A stretch of DNA of 64,000 bases from assembly GCA_964016885.1 (NCBI GenBank), contig OZ024742.1, forward strand, positions 333,684,001 to 333,748,000, written 5' to 3'. Source of the stretch: Eledone cirrhosa (taxonomy: Eukaryota). The notes under the pieces are model-generated. The model was given only the letters and a program-made list of their open reading frames with translations, searched no databases and was not told the origin of the DNA. Both the position numbers and the translations under genes were made by a program. Below, in pieces: positions 51,997-64,000 of this stretch; position 1 is the first letter of the stretch, and the number at the start of each line of letters is the position of its first letter.

Positions 51997-54900
51997 TTTC
52001 TTTATATGCCACAAGGGCGCACAAGACACATGCCGAGGATTTTACATACATTCGTGTAAAAATATTGAAACAAACAATTATAACAATCGAAATCCTCAAT
52101 AGGGGGGAGGCCCCACAAATGGGTTGTTTAATATCCCGTCGATAGAACAACCCTCAGCTTCAGGAGGGTGTTGTGCAAGTGCTCCTTTCTTCCTTTTGCT
52201 CACCTTTTTAAACTACAGCCTTATAAACAGGGAAGGCCCAATCAGTTGGGCCATTTTCGCTTCATTCGCCCACCTTTCAGTAAATTTACTGGGGTGCAGA
52301 GCCTCTCTCTCCACTCTGATTCTCCTTCTTAACTGATACTTAAAGAAGGGAATCAATTGTTGTCCGGAGAGACAGGCATCTGTCCTTAGTCCTCTCAATC
52401 TCGTCCACCATATAACCTCTTCCACCATAGCCAATGTACAGGGGAAAACCGCCTCTCTTTCGTTTTTGAAAGAGGCTGGCGGTTTGATCTTTACTATGGA
52501 CTCGGCAGTCAACTGCACTTGTCCCATACGCGATTTGTCCCATTAGTTCCACAGGTCGCTTACGCCCGGGCAGTGTACAAATGCGTGAAATACGGTTTCA
52601 ATGTCCTGCTCGCATCTTGGACACGTCCTCTTGGAAAGATCCGTGCCAAGGTGTCCGTGCCTGTAGATCTTGTCTCAAACGGGTAGAGCTCCTCGGTAGC
52701 ACTGCCAGGCCAGAGACCTCTGTAAATTGTCCATAGGTCCCGGGCGGAAAGTCCTACCGAACAGACTAGTGGGCTCGTCGTCTTCAACGCCTAGAGTCTC
52801 CCCGAGCTCGTCGTCTCACTTGTAAAGTACTAAAACCTCTATAGAATATCGAAGTGGAGTCTCCACTGATTGCTGTGCCCGCTTCACACAATAAATGCTT
52901 AGTGTAACATAACTTGACAAAGGTCTGACACTCTTAGACCCAGACAGACAGACACAGACACACAATAAAATGTTAGTGGAACATAACTTACAGAGGACTG
53001 TGAGCGCATGGACGCATTCAATGTGCCAGACGCACATCTTCTTCGGTCTTCGCTTCACCCAGGACTGCATCTCCGTCAGCGAGACAGGTTGTTGGAAGGC
53101 CTGTATCACAAACGGTGCACACACCGGTTGGTCGGTGAGGAATACCTGGAGATGCCGTAGCCTCAGCGCATGTTTGCACATCATTAGCAACGGCATGCCC
53201 AGCCCTCTGTTGGAAGGGTGTTGACAGCAGACGGATCTCCTCACCAGTGGAGCCTGCTTCTTCCACATGAACTGGAAGAGCATGCGTTCCATCTTCGTGA
53301 GGTATTCACGGAGTCAAAGCACGACAGTCAAGCGGTAGTAGATGATGGACGCTATGAAAGTATTCGCGACCTCCGCTCGAAATTTCAAATTCTGGGTGAG
53401 CGCAAATACCTTGGCCATGACCCCGTTCCAGTTTTTCTCCACTGGACCTTTGGACCGAACCAGACCTCGATCAATTTCACTGGTCATTCCAACCAGCGTC
53501 CGACGACGCTGTCGGACGGCATCGGTTTGCCTCTCCGCGTTCCGAGTTGCAAACCGACAGACTTGTCCGGGTTCAGTTTTGCTCCTGTGAACCTTTCGTA
53601 TTCCTGTAGTAGGTTGCCGATTACCTCGATTTACGAGGTTTTCGACACCATTATCGTCATGCCGTCGGCATAAGCCGACGCCGCTTTTCGCAGTCCAGGT
53701 TCTAAAGGGATGCAAAAGCTCCAACTTCCTCAGCAGTGGCTCTAGAGTCAATACGTACAGAATGGAGGAGAGAGGGCATCCAAGTCGAATGAAATGCGTG
53801 ATTGCAAACGGCTCCGATAGGTAGCCGTTCACCTTGACCTTCGAGCAGATGCTGGTGTGCATCGCCTTGATCTAGGCTCTGAAAACGGGACCGAAACCGG
53901 CCGCCTTGAGAACCGCTTCCAAGTATCGATGGTCGACCCTACCGAATGCCTTAGACTGATCTAAATTGAACAGAGCCCCACCAAAGCCGGGTTTACACCC
54001 GACCCTCGCTATGATGTATCGCATAAGGTAGAGGTTGTCGTGTATGGACCTGATCGGGATTGCACACGTTTGCTCTTTCCCTACCAGGTTTTCGACGACA
54101 AGCGCCAGCCTCGTTGCTAGCACCTTGGCCAAAATCTTTAACTCTGTGTTGAGCAGAATTATGGGCCTGAAATTGTTTATTTCGTCCCCATTGTTCTCGT
54201 CTTTCCTGATCAGCGTTACTACGCGCTTGCCTGCAGAACTGGGAATTGTCCCGTTCTGTTGCCAATTGCGGTAGACGGCTTCGAGGACGCCAGAGAACAA
54301 GTCTTGCATGCCTATGTAAAACTCATCGGGTAGACCATCTTGACCAGGTGATCTGCGTGTCCCCCAGCGGCCCAGAGCGTCCCGTATCTCAGTGGTTGTG
54401 GTTGGTCTTTCGCAGAACTCGGCGTCCATGCTCGAGATACGCGGCAAGCCGTCGAGGTATGAACCAAAGTCCATTGCCCCGTTCGGTGCACCGTCGTCTG
54501 CTCAAACAGTCGCACAAAGTGCCGCTGAAAGGCCGCGCACATCGGCCTGGGGTCAAGTAGCACGCGTCCGTTTTGGTCTTTCAAAGACCGAATCGTGGAC
54601 TTGTTGCCACATTTCGCTTCCACCAATCGGGCCCAGCTAACAGCTTTTGCTCCCTCTTTCCTAGAACACGTGTTTTGCTTGTGACCACGCAGCCTTCGTG
54701 TTTCGCGTCGAAGAACTGGTCCAGTACCGTTCTCGATGCTAGCACTCTAGCTGCGTTGCCACTCATAAGCGCCTCTTCTACCTTAGCTACTAGTTCTGTT
54801 TCTGATTTGTTTTTCTCCAAAACTAATTCTCTGCTAAACCCTATCGATTCTACTCTAATAGCTCTCTTGAGAGAGTATCATCATCTATTGTTGACGATGG

Positions 54901-56650
54901 CTCCCGTCAACTCTTGCTTCACTAATCTACTTATCCGTTTACTGTAGGCTTTTCGTGCTGGCAACGACACGTTCAGCTTCCAGTATCCGGGTCCTTGTCT
55001 ATGTATTCTATCGCGGTTGACTATTCAAACGACTAGTTTGTGATCTGAATAGGCACCATGTGCATTTGTGGACAGCTTAACATTTTCTTGTCCTCTCTAA
55101 TGAAAAACCTTTCTAGATACGATCTAGATGTCCCGCTGAGGTTTGCCCACGTCTACTGTGGTGCAGTAGTCGATATCTATCGGCCAGTTGGAATTGGCCG
55201 ATTAGATTTTTGAGGCTGTTGCACCCCACTCTACTGGGACATGCTCCCACATAGTCCCATCGTGCATCTGGGATACCATTCCAGTCCCCCACTAAAGGCA
55301 AGGAGCGAGACGTTCCTAAAAAAAACTCTAGATGCTTAAAGACGTCTGGCGGCGATTGTGATTGCCCGGTCGGGGCATAAACGGCGACCAGTCTGAAGGC
55401 TCCACCTCCAATACTGTTCACGTGTAGGACTACCACTCTGCCCTCCGGGTCCAAGTGTACTTGCTGTACTTAGAGATCCAGTTTTTTTCCGAAATATGAC
55501 AGTCACTCCTTCTCCACATCACGGCTGATAGAGAGATGCGTAGATCTCAAAGGCATTTAAGATGGGGGCTAGTTGATGCCTGTTGTGGATCCTGTACTCA
55601 TTGATGGCTATTACATCTATACCGTCTGATCTAAGGTAGTTTAAAAGTTGGCCCTGTTTCCAGCGCATCCCTAGGCCACGCACGTTCACGCTTCCAACTC
55701 GTAAGTCTGCCATGTTGGTGGAGAAGAGTTGGCGAAAAGGACGAAAAGGTGCACTTACCTTTTCGTTTCCTGGAGGTCGGGTTGGTCAATCTCCATTTCA
55801 GTTCTGGTGATGGGGTGTTGAGTGGGGTGGGGAAACATTTCAACAGGACACGGTTTATTAGTTTTTGGTAGGGGTTGCCAACGTCCTGTGTTAAACTGTT
55901 CTTTCAATTTCTGATAGGTTTCTATCGAAACCCTTATTAGATTTAGGTATGGTTGAGAGTCTGCTTTGACAAAAGTTTTCCCCTCAGTTTCCACTTTGGG
56001 GTCCTATGAGATGACCTCCATCAAATGTCTGTTGTTCGTGTTAATGTATGTGTATTGTTGTTTGTTTTTTTGTTGTGTTGTTTTCATTTGTTGTTCATTT
56101 TGTAGTTTTCTTTTTATGGTGGGCATTTGTGTTTGGGGTTGTGGTGGTGTTTGTTTTGCTGGTAGGGGAGGGTTGATTGTGGTGGCGTTTGTGTTGTTGT
56201 TTGTGTTGGTGGTTGTGTGTTCGTGTTGGTGATTGTTGCTTTTGTGGCTTTGCGGTGTCTTTTTTTTTGTTTTTTGGATTTCCGAGGCTCTCCTTCATCT
56301 TCACTTGGGGATGGAGAAGTAGCCTCGTCTGGTGATGAATCGTCATCAGGGGCGTGTGGGAGGGGTATGTTGTATGGTGATGGTGTGTTTGTGAGTGTGA
56401 TTGTGGTAGTGTTGGATGGAGTGAGGATGGGTTGGACTGTGTTTTTCAGGGGAATTGTTTGTGTTTTTACTGTTGTTTGTGGTTGAACAGTTGTTTCTTT
56501 TTGTGTGTTTGCTTGTCTTGCATGTTGTTGTTGTTGATGTGGTTTTGGAGTTGGTGTTGGTAAAAGTACTTTTTGAAGGGTGGTGGTGTTTGTTCGTAAG
56601 AGGGGACAGGAGGCCTTTAAATACGATGTGCTTGCGCATCTAAAACATAG
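51997..56650 (-). mobile_element. Tx1/L1-clade LINE, near full-length, multiply frameshifted
   Basis: ORF1 tail with zinc knuckle CFRCASTSYLKASC; ORF2 from 55713: VGSVNVRGL, VAVYAP, VGDWN (APE); SPGQDGLPDEFY, NFRPIILLNTELKILAK, NLDQSKAFGRVDH, RLGCPLS (RT); GLGMP. Confidence 0.95.
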
Positions 56651-58575
56651 AGTGATAGATGTATGCGCGTATGTATGTGTCTGGGTGTGTTTGGATTTCG
56701 GCATGTGTTTATATGTGTCACTGTTGGAAAGTAAATACATCTATGGCTAACAGCTCATGCCACATCAGCTGTGTGCGTTCATATTTCAGAAGTACTGCTA
56801 TATGAATTCAACATATACACAATTCTCGCTTCTTTATTTAACACAGAAGAATTAAATATATTTTGACTTTGGCTTAATTTGAACTTAAATCGGTAGATTT
56901 TTGTACCAAATATTTTCCCGACGCTCTAACTGCTAATATAAATGTACAACTCATTTGTAATGTCTTCTACAGCAATAAATTAAGTTGTACTTATATAGGA
57001 AGATAAAAAAAGAGCGCTATTAAACTTTAAAATATACCAAAACAATAATCAAAATAACTGTTTATAACAATAGTTCCACTTGCGGATATATGATGAAGCC
57101 TAAACTACAGAACTGTCCGATGTTAAACACTATTCGACGGTAGTATGCATACATACTTACACATGTACCGTAGTTTCGGCATAAATATATGAATCTCTGT
57201 AAAAGACACCACTTGAAACGATAAGGATGAGACCTACTGGAGATCTGTTTGGTAAAAAAACGATTGTTGACCATTAAAGGTGGCATGACGACGACTAGAG
57301 CAGGTCTATGAGAGGCACGTTGAAGAAAAGCATAATCAGTCACATTTGCGTCTTAGAATTATTTATAACACCGGAAGTAAAATCAACACCTATACCCCTC
57401 TATTTATGCTCACATAAATGCAGTCATATATTCAAATACTTCTGAAGCTCTCTAAAGCCAAAGAACTCCTTCTCACATTGTTTATAACCAGCTAAAATTT
57501 TACAATCAAAATCACACAGAAAAATGCATAGAATAAATCAGAATACTCGTTAATGTCAGTAGCGTTATATATTACATTTTATTGGAATTTGAAACATACT
57601 ATTAGCATCTTCCTCCTCTCACTGTCTTTTGGAATGAATATGTCGTCAAAAACGTAAAACACAAAATAATACATGCTAAATAGGAAATATGAGATTAGGT
57701 ACGATTTAATAATGGCATTCATACATTCTTTTCATGTGAGGTGTTGATTTTGATGAATATAATGATTTACGGATGACAAATTATTTTGAAGAAAAAAAAA
57801 ACACTGAAAATATATTGTTACAGAACGGTAGATCTCGTGTCCATTTCATCAACATTTTGATAACTATGTTGATAACATATTCCTGTCTAAGTCTCTAGAG
57901 AAAGTTATCCAAGTAAATTACAAGCGTTAATTAAATTATCATACAACGACGAATTTGATTACGTTTTCATTAATAGTATTAATTCAGGCAATAAGGTAAA
58001 CACATGCAACTTAATTAATAACTCTGATTATGCTAGTGCCAATAGAGAAATCAATTAGAATTGCTATAGTTTCTTCTATAGAAGACGACGATCTGCGGCT
58101 AAGATTTCCGCCAAGTTCAATTACGATATCAGAGGAAAGGCGTAAAGATTAATAAAGTGTTAATGAAATGTACTCGGTATATTCGGACAATATTCAAAAG
58201 AAATAGCTCATGAGAAAATAAAAAAAAGAACATGTTTAAACAGATTATCATGGTTGTAAGTTTTAAATTGATATTCATGGACAAGTGTACGAATACTTGC
58301 AGACTTCTAAAGAAGAAATGTGACGTTAGTGATTATATATTGAAAACATTGAGCCAAAGATATATGCTAGTATCCGCACACGCTCAAGTATGTGTAGAGA
58401 TGTAAAATACGTACAGGTGTGTGAGATTGCGGTGAACGTGCGCGCATGTGTATCATACACACAGCAGCACTGTGGCTAATACAGGGAAATACATATATGT
58501 ATATATGGTCTTATATTCATACGTAGTTCACCAAACTATATATTGCCATATATTTATATCAATGTGAAAATGCAC

Positions 58576-58696
<121 letters not shown>

Positions 58697-58750
58697 TGTG
58701 TGTGTGTAGTTATATATATGTATATATATATATGCGTCTGTGTATATATG

Positions 58751-58782
<32 letters not shown>

Positions 58783-58795
58783 TGTGTGTGTGTGT

Positions 58796-58872
<77 letters not shown>

Positions 58873-59038
58873 AGTGCGTGAGTATGAAACAAAGGTAGAA
58901 CTATATTATCAATTCTCAAAGAGAGTAGAGAAATAGACTTATAGAAAGTAATTGCCAGCTTTATAGAGAAAGAGATAGCTCAATGCTTCATATGATGTGT
59001 ATAGAAGTGTTTGTAGAAGAAACATACGCCACGCCTAT

Positions 59039-59109
<71 letters not shown>

Positions 59110-59448
59110 GAGTGAGAGAGAGAGAGAGAAATAGAATTTGGATTTAGCTTCAGGTATAGCTGTATACGGATATGTATAGAAATTAATATTTCTAAAGAAA
59201 CAGGGTATGTCTACAGGTAAACATTCAGAAAAAAAGCCATAACTATGCATCAAAAAATACTGGGGCTAACCTCCAAGTTGTTAAATGAGTAACAACAGTT
59301 ACAGATGCCACCCCATTCGATAACTTGATGATGTTACCATGTCCGTTCCCTCTGGGTTGTATTCCAGTGTTACGGCTGTAGTGTGCAGAGTGTCAATAGA
59401 TTTAAAAGAGTCAAAATCAGTGTTGCAACATATGTACAATCTTTATTT

Positions 59449-59538
59449 GCATATTACAATTGTTTCGCTATCGATCAGCTGAGGGTACAGTCAAGGTGAC
59501 GGAGCTCCTACTCTTTTTCGATGTTTCATCAGTCATGC
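59449..59538 (-). ncRNA. Type I hammerhead motif, GUA (family D)
   Basis: GCATGA CTGATGA ..ATCGA..TCGAT.. GAAAC AATT GTA ATATGC; first stem I pair mismatched. Confidence 0.65.
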
Positions 59539-59666
59539 GATCTGATATTTGCAAAACACACACAGAGTTTAGATGTGTCTTAGCACATATAAGCTCGCAT
59601 CCCTCTCTCTCTTTCTTTCTCTCTATTCTGCCCACCATCTCTCTCTATATATACTCCATCTCCCTG

Positions 59667-59783
<117 letters not shown>

Positions 59784-60229
59784 ATGTATATATATATATT
59801 AATGTAAGTGTGCGTCCACCTTTGTATGTTATATACTTTGGGACGTTACGGGAATTTTCGATATTTGTTATTTTCCACAAAAAGTCAACAAACTAATTTG
59901 ATTCGATCTCATGCTATATATAATACACTTCCAGATTTTCTGTGACACCCACCCAACTTGCACTCATAGAAAGTTAATTGGGTCTAGGCAAGATATCAAG
60001 GCAGAAGACCACAGGCTGCGATATTTTCCTGGAGAAATCTTGAATAGCAACACCAGTACGTTTATCTCTGTAGCAATTCAGCATCAAGGCCTAAATTAGA
60101 AAAAGAATCGCTATCAAATTAGAAGACACATATGTATGCAATGCGTAATTCTTGCGGATTTTAGCTTAGTTTCTTTCTATCTTATCTGCTGATAAATATA
60201 GAAGCAACGCACGGCCTCAGCACCAAATA

Positions 60230-60545
60230 CTTCAATGGTGGTATGGTCACAATCAACAACATTCTCATCATCATCATCATGATCATCATCATAATTGTCG
60301 ATGTCGTCGTCATTATCATCATATTCACCACCACCATTATCATCAATAACAGCGACTACAGCAACATTTTTCATAAATAAACACTGCATTACCATAATTA
60401 CTATAGTAAATAAGAAATCAAACACTACAAATTAGGTTTATGCCTACCACTAATAACGTCACTAGCATCACTATTATCTCCAAGTGTAACCAGAACAACA
60501 TAACTAACAACAATAACCATAACATCATTTTGTACATTATCACTG
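60230..60545. repeat. Degenerate (ATC)/(AAC) trinucleotide low-complexity region
   Basis: Direct reading. Confidence 0.8.
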
Positions 60546-60946
60546 AGAACATTAGTGTTAGCATGGGGTAGTCACGAAACTGATTAACTTTGGTATTATT
60601 TGCCACACATTTGTATCAACGGACTCCATTTAAACATTTATTTATTTATTTATGTAGTCGTCCATTTATTCATTTGAAGAGCAAAGCTAACTGACAGTAG
60701 ACCCGAGTAAGATGGTTGGAGAAAAACCACGAGTTCGGCTAGTTTCGATTGAGAGTCCAGCTGGATCAATTTGAGACGGTTACTTCTGATATGACCCGCT
60801 CAAAGTAGTATTTGAGGACTATGTTCACATGACCCTCTCAAGAATACGTGGGCGAAGAAGAGGAAGAATAAATTAACGTCAGTATTTATGTTGTTGGACT
60901 TTGCTGTACATTAGCAGAAATACGAATAAGAACTCACATATACAGG

Positions 60947-60985
<39 letters not shown>

Positions 60986-61097
60986 GCACACACACACACA
61001 CACACACATACACGCACACATACACATTCACACACACACACATATATATATATATATTTTGGATTCTGTCGATCGATTGGTTATTGATAAGGCGATA

Positions 61098-61207
61098 CCC
61101 GCTGATGAAGCCGCATAAGCCGATTGTGCATGGTTGCTTAATATATGCAGACAGATGGTGCAGTGCACCTTACTGCTGCATTAGTGCGGCAGAAACTCGA
61201 GTCCGGG
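61098..61207 (+). ncRNA. Type I hammerhead, GUC, long stem II
   Basis: CCCG CTGATGA A-GCCGCA..TGCGGC-A GAAAC TCGA GTC CGGG; inside a TA-flanked insert 61060-61355. Confidence 0.88.
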
Positions 61208-61370
61208 AACCTTATAGGGACCCGTTTTACGTGTGTTGTGTTGAGGCAAATAACTCTGTGTATACTCTGGTAATGTATCTTACATTGCCCATTGAGTGCG
61301 CTGAGATACAACCGGTACTGGGATTGATAAATATGCTGGGTCCGCCAACCCTTATATATGTATATATATA

Positions 61371-61657
61371 TATTATAAAATACAGGAGGCTGAACTAGTG
61401 TAATTCCTTAAAGGCTTTTTATATTATGAACATTTCAATGATATAAAAGCGGCCGCCCGGACTAGAAGCTGCTAATTTGTGTCCGCCTTCTCGTCTTGTG
61501 AATTTCTCTCTGATTTTGGATTGTGACTATTATTATATTCCTCTGTTGGATAAATTTCGGAATACCGGATTCTCACTGAACACGTTCATTGAAATGTTTA
61601 TAGTATAATAAACCTTTAAGGAAATACATCAGTCCAGCCTCCTGTTATTTTATAATA
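61371..61657. repeat. Inverted repeat (~70-bp arms 61371-61441 / 61586-61657)
   Basis: ACAGGAGGCTG.ACT..AACATTTCAATGA vs TCATTGAAATGTT..AGTCCAGCCTCCTGT. Confidence 0.85.
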
Positions 61658-61866
61658 ATTAACTCTGTACTCGCACCACCACCAACACAAACGAAGACGA
61701 TGAGTTGCATTACCTCGAGTGCTCTCCCTAATATTACATCAAAGTTGACTGTACGGAATGACCAGTTCTGAACCAACAAACCTAAATGTCTATATATATA
61801 TATATATATATATATAGAATAAGGAAAAGCGAAGTAGTTTCAGATTTCAAGTCTTTTAATAATAAT

Positions 61867-61940
61867 GCTGTGATATATATTTCAATGACGACAGTGGCCA
61901 CACTGTTCCGTGTGCCAGTACTGCGACATCGTCAGACAGC
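61867..61940 (-). ncRNA. Type I hammerhead, AUC (copy at 62820-62893, +)
   Basis: GCTGT CTGACGA TG..CAGT..ACTG..CATT GAAAT ATAT ATC ACAGC. Confidence 0.8.
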
Positions 61941-62912
61941 TTGTTACATAATAAGGTTATGTTTCCGAGACAATCCAAATTGAATCGACATGGGAACGGA
62001 CGAAGTGTGTGTTCTTGTGTTCTCCAGCCATTCCCTTGTGAGTACCAATTCACCCCCACCGGTCTGCGCAGGCGCAGGTCCGAAGGAAGTTGACCATTAG
62101 CTACCGTAGATTTCAACGAAATTCGCTTAGTCATTTCCCCCTCTCAACCAAGCAATGACCCATTCAGGCCTGTTATATATAGCTTACTGCTACCTACCCC
62201 GTCTGTGGCAGTTAGTCGAAAGTGAGTGGCGATGGGAGAGTGTGAGTATCTATAGGTCTCAATACTACCCCTCATTAAGTATGGACAGTATAATTGACCA
62301 TGAACCTCTAAGAGAAAATATACTTAATTCTAGGCATCATGTTTCACAGTGGAAGTTATGAATGAGAGTTGGAAATTAGAACTAAAAATTAAAAATTAAA
62401 AATTAAAAATTAAAAATCGAAAATCAGAAATATTAAGTATATTTTCTCTTAGAGGTTGAAGGTCAATTATACTGTCCATCCTTAATGAGAGGTAGTATTG
62501 AGACCCATAGAAACTCACACTCTCCCATCCCTACTGGCTTTCGACTGACTGCCACAGACGGGATAGGTAGCAGTAAGCTACATATAACAGGCCTGAATGG
62601 GCCATTGTTTGGTTGAGAGGGGGAACTGACTAAGCGAATTTCGTTGAAATCTGCGGTACCTAATGGTCAACCTCCTCCGGACCTGCGCCTGCGCAGACCG
62701 GTGGGGGTGATTTGGTACTCACAAGGGAACGGATGAAGAATCCAAGAGCACACACTTCGTCCGTTCCCATGTCGATTCAATTTGGATTGCCTCGAAAACA
62801 TAGCCTTATTATGTAACAAGCTGTCTGACGATGTCACGGCACTGGCACACGGAACAGTGTGTTCACTGTCGCCATTGAAATATATATCACAACATTATTA
62901 TTAAAAGACTTG

Positions 62913-63100
62913 GGCGTTGGATTGGCAGTATCGGTAGAGGGTCGGACGCCATGCTTTGCAGCAAAGAGTTACGGCCCTTTATGGTCTGAGTTCAAATCCC
63001 GCCGAGGTTAACTTTGCCTTTCATCCTTACGGGGTCGATAAAATAAAGTACCAGTAATGTACTGAGATAATTGCTGGCCTTGTGCCAAAAGTAGAAATAA
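62913..63100 (+). mobile_element. Full-length ~190-bp SINE with 19-bp TSD
   Basis: TSD ATTATTATTAAAAGACTTG at 62894-62912 and 63100-63118. Confidence 0.92.
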
Positions 63101-63226
63101 TTATTATTAAAAGACTTGAACATCTGAAACTACTCCGCTTTTCCTTATTCGATATTTACTCCGTCACTCCTATGTGGAATAAGTACATTGAGTGCTTGAA
63201 TTGAATTGCATCAATATTTACCCTAA

Positions 63227-63261
<35 letters not shown>

Positions 63262-63302
63262 GGAAAACGAAAAATCAGTGATGAGTCGGAAAACAGTTTA
63301 TT

Positions 63303-63395
63303 ACAAATTACAATTGTTTCTCCGGCGAGCAGCTCTAGGTGTGATCTGTTTGTGGATCGAACCTGACTCTGGATTCGCAAGTTCCTCAGATACGT
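63303..63395 (-). ncRNA. Type I hammerhead motif, GUA (family D)
   Basis: ACGTAT CTGAGGA ..GCGA..TCGC.. GAAAC AATT GTA ATTTGT; inside TA-flanked insert 63260-63660. Confidence 0.65.
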
Positions 63396-63657
63396 TTAGT
63401 GATTTTGAAGCAAATTCTCTTCTGACGAGCCGCGGATTACAGAGTCGGGTCAGATCATTACAGATCGAACCTTCAGCTGATCAGTGGCGAAATGCGCTTC
63501 ACCAAACAATAAACGTAATGAAGGAGTAATCAATCGTCCTTGTTACCTTATTTCACTATAATACACTCTGTCTAGATCTACACCTCGACACTGACGTGAA
63601 CCTAAACATCGAGTACTCACCCGAGTGAACCTACAGCAACTCCAAATTACACTCCCT

Positions 63658-63706
<49 letters not shown>

Positions 63707-63789
63707 CATAAAGGGTAAATACCTCGTTCGTTCAGGAATGAACATGGGGTTTGCAACTAGAAAGTGAAACCAGCTCTCTAATCATGTGC

Positions 63790-63961
63790 CTTTACATGTA
63801 ATTCGAAGGACACAGCCTTGTCAAACTCTGTGTCACGCTGAATATTCCGGAGAACTACGTTAAGTGTAAGCTCAATTACTTGCATGTTAATCGATGTGCA
63901 CTCTGTTCTGTTAATCGTTTCAACTGGAATAGTGGTTGTCGTAACAGACGTAGTGCCAGTA
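63790..63961 (+). mobile_element. Probable SINE 3' body
   Basis: CAGCCTTGTCA.ACTCTGTGTCACGCTGAAT..GAGAACTACGTTAAG..GTGCCAGT resembles an abundant octopus SINE body as recalled; not verified. Confidence 0.5.
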
Positions 63962-64000
63962 CACTCACACACTTATACACACACATACACCACACACACA

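Larger units (their letters stand above)
61813..63155. mobile_element. Fold-back element, ~515-bp arms, a hammerhead in each arm, right arm interrupted by a SINE
   Basis: Left arm 61813-62327 is the reverse complement of 62429-62912 + 63119-63155; begins at (TA)n. Confidence 0.92.

Noticed and set aside
57086-57197. HHR-like relics (also ~10103-10152, 15337-15542, 39152-39187, 60728-60852)
   Set aside because: Stems are visible, but two or more core positions are mutated or missing; too decayed to call.
60177-60425. Asp-rich ORF
   Set aside because: Degenerate (GAT)n low-complexity repeat.
63778-63972. Possible host exon (ORF MCECTGTTS...)
   Set aside because: No domain similarity; better explained as the antisense strand of a SINE body.

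Overview
AT-rich, microsatellite-saturated animal DNA ((TA)n, (CA)n, (GA)n, (AAG)n) with no recognisable host exon. Repeat content suggests a coleoid cephalopod (Octopus-like); this is an inference. Almost all listed ORFs are microsatellite artefacts. Real coding remnants are all transposon-derived: four Penelope-like element (PLE) GIY-YIG endonuclease fragments, a long Tx1/L1-type LINE, CR1-type and RTE-type LINE fragments and a mariner transposase, plus many tRNA-derived SINE copies. The main signal is non-coding. By eye I find about 25 intact or near-intact type I hammerhead ribozyme (HHR) motifs plus several decayed ones, from at least a dozen sequence families. They sit in tandem or fold-back units, mostly embedded in or beside (TA)n tracts. 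The clearest are a near-identical 467-bp tandem array with five HHRs, fused to a truncated PLE and carrying an octamer motif shared with a diverged ~426-bp relative, and a 541-bp HHR tandem dimer. Together these look like a retrozyme/PLE pseudo-LTR system predicted to yield self-cleaved, possibly circular RNAs. All folds were read by hand, and coordinates of decayed repeats are approximate.
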